64,000 nucleotides of DNA from positions 417,981-481,980 of the forward strand of contig MU006098.1 in assembly GCA_010093705.1 (NCBI GenBank), written 5' to 3'. Of this stretch, positions 14,501 through 26,942 are shown one piece after another. The notes under the pieces are model-generated. The model ran no database searches. It saw only the letters and a list, made by a program, of their open reading frames with translations, and was not told the DNA's origin. This DNA is from Patellaria atrata CBS 101060 (taxonomy: Eukaryota). Within the stretch, counting starts at the first letter, position 1. Every line of letters begins with the position of its first letter. Both the position numbers and the translations under genes were made by a program.

Positions 14501-16495
14501 AACACAATTTCACAGTCAAACGAAGCAGCAATAGTGCAATTATTCAAGGAGGTGCGCAGGCACAAGCCTAGTGTTATCTGTATTCCGAATGTCAACATTT
14601 GGTACGACACCGTTAGCCCAGCTGCTATTAAGACCTTTGTCTCGCAGTTGCGCTCCCTTCCTCCTAACGATCAACTCTTGGTTCTTGGTTTCCTTGAGTT
14701 GGACAAGGATGAGAAACCAGATCAGGACATGCTGCGAGACTTGTTCGGATATTCTAAGAAAAATGTCTATGATATCAAGAGGCCAGATAATGTAGCTCGT
14801 CAAGAATTCTTCGCCAACATTTTCAATTATATTCGTATGCAACCCACGGACTTCCCACACCCGGAAAGCAGAAAGCTTCGAGAACCACGCACACTTGAAA
14901 TTGCACCGGCAGTCAAAGGACCAGAAGGACCGACCAAGGAAGAGCTCAAGGCTCAGAAGAAGCAGGACAGGCATACGCTTAACCTGCTCAAATTGCAGAT
15001 TCAACCTGTGATGGATCAAATCAAGAACAAATATAAGAAGTTCAGGAATCCACCCATCGATGACGGCCAGATTCAATATCTCTATGATGAGCAAGATCCG
15101 GAAAAGCTTACCACCGACTTGAGCGAGGCTGAACGACAAGCACAGCAGATGCATCGACCGTTCGAAATGGCCCATGATAAGAATGGCGTACCTGGTCTTC
15201 GGGATACCATCAACAACAAATTCTTCTACAATCTAGAAATAGTCATGATTGAGAAACGACTCTCTAATGGTTACTATAAGCGTCCTAAAGACTTTTTGGC
15301 GGACATCAAGCGTCTAGCCAAGGATGCTAAAGCGCTTGGAGATCCGGAACGGACCTTGAAAGCGAATGAAATGGTTGCGAACGTCGAGGTTGATATGCAA
15401 TTTATTGAAGCAGGAAACCCTGCTCTTGTGGTTGAATGCGAGGCTGTATACGCACGAGAAAAGGCTCGAGAGAAAGAGCTCGCAGAGAAAGCGAAGAAAT
15501 CGGTTGAGCTCGGTACAGTCGCCCCGACTATTCAGCCCAATGTCCCTCCTTCTGTATCAGCTACTGCGACGGAAACTACTGGACCCGTTGTGCTCGGCGA
15601 GCATGTACCTGGACCTGCTACACTTCCGCCTGTGACGCCGATTCGTCATCTGGCACCAAGCATTATATCGAACGGCTTCTCTAGTAGAGCCGAGGATAGC
15701 AATCATGCCATCACAAATGGTTCTACCGTTCCCTCTCGACAAGAGGAAGATGTGCGTATGGAAGATAGTCAGGAACGACGTGAACAGCCAGCTGGAAACA
15801 CACAATCACAGCTACATCACTTCATGAACGTTAGTCAGGCAAATACGCAGACCCAAAGGTCTCAGAAATCAGCTCTCACCCAAGTGTTTCCCGGTTCGCA
15901 AATCAACGAATATCATAATAGTGCATCAACAACAACGTCCGGACAAAAGACATCGGACCGATCTAATCGCTCTTCTGGGCCATATACTCAGAGCACAAAC
16001 GGGCAGCATCCGGATTTTTACTCGATGCGACCAGCCTCCGGAGGGTTTTCACTTCCGGATACACAGTGTACGTTTGGATATGATGAACACGCATGTCAAG
16101 ATACTGACGATGTAGCGAAATCAGTAGATAGCAGCCAACAGACGAACTCACAGTCGTCTCAACAACAATCTCAATTTACCATGCCAGCCCCACCGCGAGG
16201 TGGCACATCGATCAACTCCGTGTTGAATCCTCAGCAAAGCACTGTCATTGTCGATGAACAGTTGCTCGCGAAGCTCCACAGAGAGCTTGTTGAAAAGAGC
16301 TCTGGATTGTCCGTAGAACAGCTTGAGCAGGTTAATTCGGTCCTTATGGATGCGATTTGGAAGATGCGTGGACAGTGGAATAGGAATGTGCTCATCCAGC
16401 AGGTGACGCATGCATTCAATGATATTATCAAGGATATTGAAGAGATGCAGGAGATCTTGAGCCCTAGCCAAGAGAACAACAAAGATAAAGAATAG
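11560..16495 (+). CDS. YTA7: Yta7/ATAD2 (abo1)-type AAA+ ATPase with degenerate bromodomain; intron 14464-14515, probable in-frame intron from 16068
   Basis: Acidic/basic N-terminus, Walker A GPPGTGKT, MRKGADALSKWVGEAERQLRLLF, Walker B IIFFDEIDG, DPALRRPGRFDREF. A degenerate second AAA domain (GPHGMGQQY) and a bromo-like segment (IEKRLSNGYYKRPKDFLADIK) follow. Confidence 0.93.
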
Positions 16496-17490
16496 GGTGT
16501 TTGAACAAAAGGTTTTGGGTACTACTGGATATGATAATTGGTGTTCTTGGGTGGAATAATGATGATTCTGTTGCATATCTCACATGCTGAGAGCTCCTGG
16601 GCGGCGTTCTTTTTTCCTCTTCTCTTCGAACGGTTACGCCATGGTTCCCCAGTGCGGGATTTTGTTATTGCAACTGCTTTCATGTACATACGGGCGGATT
16701 TCTTGCACGTTATTTCTGTTAGGGATGGATATGGATCCCCTCTGCTGATTCATGGACGATCGTCAATTGCGGCCTCAAGGGCAAGTACTTATGGTACATA
16801 GTTGTTGTATAGCATATCAAAATTCAAGTTTCAAGCAGTTTCCGTTAGTCTGGTTGACGTTCTTAACATCGCTGTCCATGTTTGTGTCAAGGCCAAGGTA
16901 ACGGGTGCGGCAGATTGATGTGTACAAGGTTGATAAATAAAGTTGTCCGCGGGATTTGGGGACGTAATTTATATCATCTGGCATAAGCGATTACGGATGT
17001 CACAGGTGAAAGGAAAAAAAAAAAGTTGCAGCTGCATGCGAAGAGCTCTACCTAGCAGAGGCGTGGCGGCGAGAAGAAGAAAACATCGGATTTTGCAATT
17101 GAACACGAAAACTTTTCCATAACACCCTCTTAAACCTCGAGCCTTCTATTACTTGGTCCCTAATTGTATATCCTCCAGATTTACCCCGTCTACTATCCAT
17201 TTGTTGCCGGTCTGACGATAAAAAGTACTGTAGTGCATCCGGGGACATCAAGCGTCAAAGCTCACACCGTCCTTACGCTTTCCCCATACTTAGCTTCTAG
17301 CTCCCTACCCTAATTCTTCAACTATTTCTTTGCGCGTCTCCTTTTGAAGGGGATTTCGTTCTGCTTGACTCCTATCACTCGTAGAGCATTCATTCGTTCC
17401 TTTCACTCGCTTTTCTGTTCTTCTCGTGCGTCTCTCCCATCTTTTGATTCCTCAAGTAGAGCGGGTTCGGAGGAGCGGTGAGCATCCATC

Positions 17491-19790
17491 ATGAACGCCG
17501 TCAAAGAACAGGTATCCGAAGTGCTCCTGGGGACGGAGGAGCAGCCGGGTCTTTCCAAATCGGCCTTGGACACATTCGAGAAGTTTGCAACGAAGGATGA
17601 GAAGACTGGTGATCTTTACCTGGGAGAGAACGAGTTCATCGACGCGGTTGCCCCAGAGAGTGAGGACTATGTGAGCGCATATCGTACCGTATAGGGTCTA
17701 CTTTAATTGCTAATGGTTTCTATTATAGCATAAGATAAAACGGTCGCAGTATGCCATTCTCTTCCGTGTTGCAGACCGGCAGCGCAAGGGGAGGGTGACT
17801 CTCCAAGACTGGACCAACTTCAACAACCTCCTCGCAAAGCCGGACGCAGAATATGAAATTGCCTTCAGACTCTTTGATGTTCAAGGAACTGGTTTCGTCA
17901 GGTTCGATGACTTCTACGAAGTCTACAACCAGAATAAGAGCGAAAACAGCCTACCTTTTGACTGGGAGTCGGAATGGGCGTCTCTTTACATAGGCGGAAA
18001 GAAGAAGAGGCATAACATGACATACCCACAATTCTCGCAGATGTTGAGAGGCTTGCAAGGAGAAAGAGTCAGGCAGGCTTTTCTACACTTCGACAAGAAT
18101 GGTGATGGTTACATTGAACCGCAAGACTTTCAACGCATCATCTTAGAAACCGCCGCACATAAGCTATCAGACCATCTCCTGGATAACCTTCACACTCTCT
18201 GTAATATTTCGTCCGGAAGTAAGATCTCGTACGCCAACGTACGAGCTTTCCAAAACATGATTCGTGAAATGGATTTAGTGGAGCTCATCATCCGGAATGC
18301 GACAGCCAAGAGCAATGACGGGAAGATCTCGAGGACAGATTTCTTGAACGAAGCTGCGCGCATAACCCGTTTTTCTCTCTTCACACCTATGGAGGCCGAC
18401 ATCCTCTTCCATTTCGCGGGATTAGACGAACCAACCGGTCGCCTCGGTCTTACCGACTTCGCAAAGGTGCTAGATGCATCATGGCACTCGGCATATCATT
18501 TGGGTAGTGATGCTGCCGGTGCCGTGTATGATGCTGGATCTCGTGCAATGGCAAGGTCGCGAACCTTTTTTCAGGATGTTTTGGAATCTGCGCATCATTT
18601 CGCCCTTGGTAGTATTGCTGGTGCGTTTGGTGCCTTTATGGTTTACCCTATCGATCTCGTCAAGACACGCATGCAAAATCAACGTAGCGCACGCGTTGGG
18701 CAGCTTCTTTACAAAAATTCCATTGATTGTGCGCGGAAGGTGATCAAGAATGAGGGTATCAGGGGTCTTTACTCTGGTGTCTTTCCACAACTCGTTGGTG
18801 TCGCTCCGGAGAAGGCGATCAAGTTGACAGTTAACGATCTCGTGAGAGGGAAGTTCACAGATAAGAAGACTGGAGCTATTTGGTGGCCGTGGGAGTTGTT
18901 AGCCGGTGGTTCGGCTGGTGCATGTCAAGTGGTGGGCATTACTTCTTGTGATTGCATTTACGAGCTTCCACTAACTATATTAGATCTTCACCAACCCTCT
19001 TGAGATTGTCAAGATTAGACTACAGGTCCAGGGTGAAGTCGCCAAAACCGTAGAAGGCGCACAGAAACGGTCGGCTATGTGGATCGTGCGCAACTTGGGT
19101 CTCGTAGGTCTCTATAAAGGCGCGAGCGCTTGCTTGCTACGTGACGGTGAGAGAGTCCTACACGCAGATCATTTTTGCCTTTAGATAAGATATAATGAGG
19201 GCTATTTGGGTCTCAGGACGACCACGGCTAACATTTTCCCCATAGTCCCCTTCTCAGCAATCTACTTCCCAACCTACAACCATCTAAAGCGCGACTTCTT
19301 CGGCGAGTCCCCGACCAAGAAACTCGGCGTCGTACAACTCCTAACCGCCGGCGCGATCGCTGGCATGCCCGCCGCCTATCTCACTACCCCCTTCGACGTC
19401 ATAAAAACCCGTCTGCAAGTCGAGGCTCGAAAGGGGGAAACACAATACACCACTCTACGACACTGCGCCAAGACCGTCTGGCGTGAGGAAGGCTTCCGAG
19501 CCTTTTTCAAGGGCGGCCCCGCGCGTATCCTTAGAAGTTCCCCGCAATTCGGTTTCACGTTGGCCGGGTATGAGTTCTTGCAACACCTGTTGCCGATGCC
19601 TGGGAGCGATGTACACGGGGAAGGTGTCGGTGGGCACGTCGAGCCGAAGGTGGGTTTGAGCGAAGCGAAAGCTCCGCTGCCGTATTTGAGGTCTAGGAAC
19701 GCGTTGAAGATTATCCTGGATCTGGATGAGGATTTCGGGAAGCCGAGGGTGCCGAAGGGGTTTCAGGGGGTTAAGGGGTTTGGTGGGTAA
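17491..19790 (+). CDS. AGC1: Mitochondrial aspartate/glutamate carrier (aralar/citrin type) with EF-hand N-terminus; exons 17491-17670, 17729-18931, 18984-19146, 19246-19790
   Basis: EF-hand loops [13 protein letters not shown] and [13 protein letters not shown]. Three carrier signatures [20 protein letters not shown] and [10 protein letters not shown], plus [14 protein letters not shown]. Introns restore the frame. Confidence 0.95.
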
Positions 19791-20410
19791 GTGGGTAGGC
19801 TCTCTTGTTGTTTATCCTTTTGTGCGCTCTGCTTCGGAGCTATCCATTCGAAGGCTTAAAGCGAGGGCACGTCGTTCGGGGTCTTCGGGGCCTCACTGTT
19901 TTGCTGCTTGTCGAAGCGACTGGTGGACGGAATAGCGCGGTTGTTCATTGTTTGTTCAGCGAGCATGTCCTTGGTCTATAGAACTACCGGTGATGCTAGA
20001 CTCTGAGCAGAGCGAGCAGAGATAGGGGGTGTATAAATAGCAACGGGGAAGGAAGACATATAGTAGAGGTATACATACGCAATCAAATATTCATATTTTC
20101 AAACGATGTCGGGTTCAATGGCTCGTTATGCGCAGTCGGAACCTCCAGTTTGAACCTGAGATCTTTACCCCCTTCTTCGCCGGCACGGTTTATAGTCGGC
20201 AGAGTAGTAGTTAAGGTTAGATTTGTGACATCTCAAACTGGAGACGCGTGTCATTCGGAAGGAGTTTGTACGGCGCGTTGGCCGATTCTTTGGGAAGTGA
20301 CTGTATCGTACAGTCAGTTCTACTCGGGGGATAAAGGTAAGAAGATATGTACGCATGGACTTTTGTACCGCGAGATCGGTTTGTACTGAGGGCATAGAGG
20401 CTCGGAGCTT

Positions 20411-20437
20411 GGTACGGTACGGTACGGTACGGTACGG
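20411..20437. repeat. (GGTAC)5 microsatellite
   Basis: Five perfect GGTAC copies plus GG. Confidence 0.9.
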
Positions 20438-21910
20438 CGTGCATACATTACATGCAATGCTATGTTACAACATGACCTAGCAGTTCGACTTGTATTGTAC
20501 GGTATATGTGGGTAAAGGAGGAGTGAGGAAAGTGTTCATTCCGTACGCCGTGGCATTTTGGAACGGTCTTGCGGTCTCTACCGTAGCCATTTCGTACAGA
20601 TCCCTTGTTCGTTGCCACCGTTGCCTTTTAGGGTTGGCTATCGATCCGTACGGTGCTCCCGTTTCGTACACTCATGCAGACTTTTCCGGGGATCATAGAG
20701 GTATCTGGATGCTTGAGAACTCGCCTGTTCCCGGGAGTCCTGAGGACTGCCCGGATGCTTCTGGGTGAGGAGTGCGAGATTTGAAATTTGAGCGTGCTGG
20801 GTTGGGATGCTCGTGGTGTCGGTATCTAGAGCGTAAATTTGGATATGGTGAGTCGGGAGGGTAATGAGAGGGGATGCTATATGGTCTTTAGGGCCCGGTG
20901 TAATTTTATGGATGGTCTTTGGATAGACTGGACTCTTGTTTTGGGGAAGGGAATGTATAGATACTGAGGGATTTATATTGATAGGATCTATATGCTTTAT
21001 CACGGAGGAATATAAAAGTTGTATGGGAAATTAGGGTTTTAATAGGTGAAGTGACGGTTCAGTGCCTGCTAAAGGAGGTAATAGCAGGAATGGAAGGGAT
21101 AACTGTTTAAGATTTCCTATAATTCTAGAATGATGATGTGTAATACTCGTAGCTCTGGGCTAACACTTCTGGACTACCTTAGAACTATTGTATTTCTGAA
21201 AGTCCGAATATTTATTTGGACTTTTTTCGACAACGTTAGTATCCATTCTTGGCAAGCGGTTTGTGGTATTTGAGATGCGTTAGAGCAAGATATTTGATCA
21301 AGTATGACATTGTAAGAGGAACTTAGCTTAGCTACATAGGACTACGGTTTTAACACGAGGTGTTTACCATGCTCACCGTATCGGTATTCCATCCAGCTCC
21401 CCACAGTCTCTTTCTCAGCTTGTACTGTACCTTACACCACCACGGGGCTTGCTGATGCGGGTCTTCCCGTTCCGATGCTGTGCTTACAGGTACATACCCT
21501 CAAGGGAAGGTAAAGGTAGTCGAGGTCTGTACTGTATTTTGTACAAAGCTGGCTGAGGTAGATAGATCCCTTATGGTGGATGTTGATATACTGTAATCAG
21601 GAAGGATAGCTCCGGTCCTAAGTGTGCTGTAGCATGCTCCCTCTCACTTCGATCATATTCCAGAGGGGTATCGTAATTACTGTATGAAGGGTGTGCTGTA
21701 TGAGTGAGTTAGTTGTGAGGCGAAAAAACAGCTCAAACCCTATAAGGCTTCCCCCCCGCCGGCCGATACGGGAGACTCTGGATGGTGGTTGGTGGATATG
21801 GTTAGTAAGGATACTTACCTGCTCGAAAGGGAGGGGGGATGCCTGGATCGGGGATAACGTGGGGCGGGGCGGGGGCTGAGCCGCAATTGGGACGCAGGGG
21901 GGGGAGGGGT

Positions 21911-21978
21911 TTACCTTACCTTACCTTACCTTACCTTACCTTACCTTACCTTACCTTACCTTACCTTACCTTACCTTA
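21911..21978. repeat. (TTACC)13 microsatellite
   Basis: Thirteen perfect TTACC copies plus TTA, directly after a run of G-tracts. Confidence 0.97.
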
Positions 21979-23917
21979 GGGCTCTTGATGATGAGTTTCG
22001 TTGGAGGGGAAATCGTGGCGGGAGAGGGGTCTTTCTGTTCTGCTGAAGTAGTGAGGCGAGCTGGGACGGAGACTGGTGGGGGCTGCTTACTGTACGTAAA
22101 TCAAAGTGGATGGATGGTTTGTGAGAAGGAAATACCTTACGTACCGGAAGGCATGTGCCCCGGCTGGCATAATGCTAACGGACTCTGTACGTACGGTATG
22201 ATGTGATGGGTTGAATGCGGGTGGTGTCACCGGCGCACAGTACCTTGGACCTTTCTCTGCGGAGGGAGAGTCGCCGCGTGCTGGCTTTGATGGAGAGGGA
22301 AGGGAGAGGGGGAGGGGTTAGGTTCCACGGAACCTACAAAGTAAGCTTACGGTACTGTATCTTTACCCTTACTTACGTTTGATGTCCCTTTTGTCTGGTA
22401 CGGTCATTTACCGTAAGTTACAGGGAGTACTGGATGGTTGCTTTGAGCGATGGATAACTCGGATGACGCCTTTTTGTTGGCTTCGTTGCTGTACTCTGTA
22501 CAGCTCAGTACAAAAGAACTTCAGGTTCCTGTCCGGAGGAAAGACGTACTTGTAACCAGCTGAAAGTACTTGTACGAGCTTCGATGTCCCAAACGGAAGG
22601 TTCAGCGGCCTAAAAGCAGCCTTGCAGAGATATCCAATCCAACGTCGAGGGGCATCGACGAACTCAACAACAAATACTTGCATAGTCTTGCATCGCTCCA
22701 TGGCTTGCTTTCCCACTTGTACTCCCTGCATACCGCATCTTTACCTATTTCACCGTCTAGAATCGATAGAGGTAAGTAAGCAACAAGGTCGATTATCCAT
22801 GGCAAATAGCATAGACTTGCCTGCGGTGTCTACCGACCTTACCTGTACAACACCAGTCCTATTTGTAACTAGATCCTTCTCCAAGACTCAGCCTCAAAGC
22901 GCAATCTTTTTGGGGGGGAAATAAGAATTGGTGAGGGATGAGGGAGACGACAAAAGAACGGTCTTGGGCCTCAGCCTCTTAGGTAGGTCCGCCTTTGCCC
23001 TCCGCAACCCGTAGCCCTTCTCTCCCACCAGCACCAGGCCACACCAACAACACACCCTACACACCTCTGGGGACTTTTCCTTCCCCTTCAAACTGAGCGG
23101 TCACAAATCGACGGCGAGCCTTCATCGCCCCTAACTTCTCCTGCAAATCCGACTTTCCGTGACGACATTCGAACGGCGAGTGATAGCTAAAAGTGCCCGT
23201 GGATGAGGGAGCGCTCCGTGCTTTGCGCGAGGTTGGAAAAGCGAGATCGACAACCTGGGCACCTTAAGTCCCGAGGCCTCCGCTTTGAGCCTCATCCTGA
23301 GCGAGCGTCGCACTCGGGTATGTCGCTTCTCAAAGTTTTACGTGTTGCGCTTCAATTATAATAAGAATCAAGATAATTTTCTCGATTGTTTCAATCCACT
23401 GAAGTCTCTCTCCTGTTGCTTGAATTCTTTGCGTTATCTTTGATCTTATCTCTGCTACAATATGCCCTGCAGGCTGCATCGCGAGCTTCTCGCCATGGCC
23501 AAAGTCTATCTTAGTAATTAGTTGCTGTTATTTCTTCATTTACTCGATGTGATATGGCATATATGACTTTTCTATCGTTTCTACTCTCGTTGGTTTCCCA
23601 AAAGCCATGAGAGTGTGCTGTGAACCTGAACATTTCCCCTGAACGGCAGTATGCTCTACGTCACAACTAAGTGTACAACATGATTTAAATACTTTCCTTT
23701 CAAGTCAATTGATTAGCAAATCATAATGCTTTCTATCAATCCTAACGCGAAGTACACCATTAGATAGCTTAATAGGTATCTGGGTCTGGGTCACTAATAT
23801 TGCTAGATCCACCCACCCAGTATTTGCGAACCCTAAAAACAGCTTAACTGGGCCAACTCTCAAATTCATTGCATCTGGTTATAAACACTTGCTTTCCTCC
23901 TCGCGGAGGCCCATGGA

Positions 23918-25894
23918 ATGTCAGTATACGGCTCGGACGACGGTCTTCCTAATTCCCCCGGACTCGTGGCCGTCACTGTGAAGTCGAAACCATCTCCCTC
24001 GCCTCCCCCTCCCTTCTTACCTAGAAAACCTTCCCCCCCACGAGTCAGTAGATTTCCTCCCAGTCAAGGCAAACGCTCTAACCGAGTGCATAAGACGAAG
24101 CCAAGCCCCGGCGATATCGTCCTCGTTGGTCTTCTTGATCCCAACCGTCCAGACATCGCGAGAATAGCGGGTGAAGAAGCGCTGAATTCACAGTCAGAAC
24201 ACAGCGATTCCGACGAAGATATGGACAGAAGTGGCGATGAACCTGACCCCGAAACCCACCCTAATCACGAACTCATAGCCATTGCTCGATTAGCGGCAAA
24301 CGCAGCAACTCGATTGGGGAACTCAAGATCGGAACGTACAATAATAACAAACTATGAATCAGGAGTTTATCCTTTAAAGGATATTAAGCTTTTTCAAACT
24401 CCAAGGAGTCCTCGAAGCTCCGAAATCGCACCAATACCCACCCCGATCTCACCTTCACGCCCACATACAAACGGCTTATCTTCTTTGAGCCCGAAGACAG
24501 ATTCAGAACGAAGACCAGAACCCATCAAACCAGACTTTCCAACTCCGCGAAGATCAAGCGAAGGCCAACGATCTATCAACGGCTTCCAAGAAGGTTCCGT
24601 CACCACCTCACCAAATCTCCGTGTCTTCGGCTCCCCCGACCAAAAACTTCCGGAAATTAGGGATCCAACATCTCCATTGAAAGAGCGCTCGAACGGATCA
24701 CCAGACCCCGACCGCACCCTTCCCGGATTTCGGCAACTAAGTGAACTTGCCGCTGCCGCGTCTACGGAACAGGAAGCTCGGGTTAACGGTGCGCACCGCC
24801 ATTCGATATCCTCACTTAGCGGTCATTCACCTACACTGATCACGCGACTACCTGCGAATGGGCAGGCTCGATCACCTACGGTGATTTTCCCGTCACTAAA
24901 TCAGACAAGCCCTATCAGCATGTCTAGCGAAATGTCCCCCCACGGCTTGGGGTTATCGCCTCCAAACGCTCAGAGTCTAGGTTCTCACCCTTTTTTTGCC
25001 AGTTCGTATAGGAGACAGAGTGCGGCGAGCGAAACGACAGCGCAGGTACCCCCGACACTTACACCCGCGTCAACGGAGAGTTTTAGTGGAACAGAGGGAT
25101 ATGGGTCAAGCAATCATGTCACGCCCGTGGAGCATCGGATGAGTCTGGACGGAGCGACGCAGCAGAGTGTAGGCCCGGCACAACTGGGAAGCTTCAAGTG
25201 TGAGCATGCTGGTTGTATTGCTCCGCCCTTCCAAACTCAATATCTATTGAAGTAAGTTCAAGAGTTTTCAAGGTCGCTTTTTGACCAATTTTCTACCCCT
25301 CCCATCTGTTAGTCCATCTCCACCGTACGTAAAGGACGCCAAGTCACTTTGCCAGGTCCGCCCCTTCCATTTCAGGGCGAGACACCCCACTTTCCTCTTT
25401 CCTCAGGACGGATTCCTGTCTGCTCTTCTTCCCTCCATCCCCTCCACTTCCTCGTCTTTCCCCTTCACCTCTCTAAGGTAGTAGCTGCTAAATCGTACCT
25501 CTGCTGTAGTTCCCATGCAAATGTTCACTCGCAAAATCGACCGCACTATTGTCCGGTACCCAATTGTCCCCGAGGCGAAGGCGGTAAGGGCTTCAAGCGC
25601 AAAAATGAGATGATAAGACATGGTCTAGTCCACGACAGTCCAGGTTATGTTTGTCCCTTTTGTCCCGATCGAGAGCACAAGTATCCTAGGCCCGACAATT
25701 TGCAAAGGTTCGTCAGCTTAGCCATTAACAAGACCGCGATCACATCACTAATGCCGTTTCCTTCGGGGTACAGACACGTGCGCGTCCACCACGTTGATAA
25801 AGATAAAGATGACCCTGCACTCCGCGAGGTTCTAGCCCAGAGACCTGAAGGAGGGAATAGAGGACGGCGGAGAAGAGCAGGTGCGCCACAGTGA
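23918..25894 (+). CDS. C2H2 zinc-finger transcription factor with three C-terminal fingers; exons 23918-25251, 25510-25707, 25774-25894
   Basis: Long Ser/Pro-rich N-terminus. After splicing: CEHAGC...FQTQYLLNSHANVH, CPVPNC...GFKRKNEMIRHGLVH and CPFC...YPRPDNLQRHVRVHH. The start codon is less certain than the finger region. Confidence 0.88.
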
Positions 25895-26942
25895 TTCTGC
25901 GCGTGATGCTATGTGCTGCTGTCTTATATCCTTTTTCAACCCGGTTTCAGTGTGGGATCTGGGGTCGTAGAAAAGACTGAGCGATACCTAAGGCATCATC
26001 TCACTCTTCCAGGGCAGGTACGGCCGAGTGAAGCTGGTGCACGTCTATCACATCCACCCTCCCCTTCTCATTTCCCGACTCGTCTCTCCATATTCCACCA
26101 CGTCTTCTTGCATTTTCCCCTTATATACCATCCACGCAATCCACATTTACTCTTTGATCTTCGATATCCCCCTTTTTCTATTTCTCGAGGAGGTCTTTGT
26201 TTTTGGAAGCGTCAATACCTCAGTTGAATTTTCTTATTTCGTTTTTATCTTATTATTCACTATTCCATCCACTTGTGTATTTCAACCATCATACACCACT
26301 TCCCTTCCCCTCCCTCTTCAGAGATTTCTCCTTTTTCTAGGTCTTGGCGCGCAGGGTTGTGATGGGTGCGCAGGAAGCGATCTCGGTGCTTGGAGTACGT
26401 TGGGTTTCTGGATTCGGATATAGTGGCTGTTCGTCGGTAGGGGGTCTTGGGAAGTTCTAGTTGGGAACTCGAGGGAAGAGGTGGTGTTTGCTCTCTATTT
26501 TTCCTTGCGTGTGGCTTGGATGGCCCCGCTCGATTGCTTCTGGATGAGAATTGGTCATTACCAAACTTGGAGGAGTTTGTGCAGTTGGGACGTGGGAGGG
26601 TGGACAGGCAGGGCGAGGGGGAGAACATATAGCGCGGTTGAATTGCGTATATAGCTGAACAATAGAGGAAGATGTTTTGTTTTATTTCACGTTCTTGTGG
26701 ATGTTCTGTCGTACGCATATGATACGGAAGCGAGCACTCACTTCTTTCAAATTTCTATACAGCTCGTCTAGTCTAGTCGATTTTGTCCATGGAGAGGTTT
26801 GGTGGATACGTGGTGAGAGGCTTTGTGCAGCTGGTGGAGTGTACGAAGGACTAGAGGTTGGCAATACTTTACGGTTGTGGTGTACTGTACTGTACCGTAC
26901 TGGGCGAATAGTTGCTTCGGTATGATATAGTACAGTACAAGG

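Noticed and set aside
14540..15175. 211-aa antisense ORF within YTA7 (and similar shadow ORFs in separase, CWC22 and the ART gene)
   Set aside because: They are explained as antisense or alternate-frame shadows of strongly supported coding sequence.
21911..21978. Interstitial telomere repeat
   Set aside because: The unit is TTACC/GGTAA, not the TTAGGG typical of filamentous ascomycetes, so it is treated as a microsatellite.
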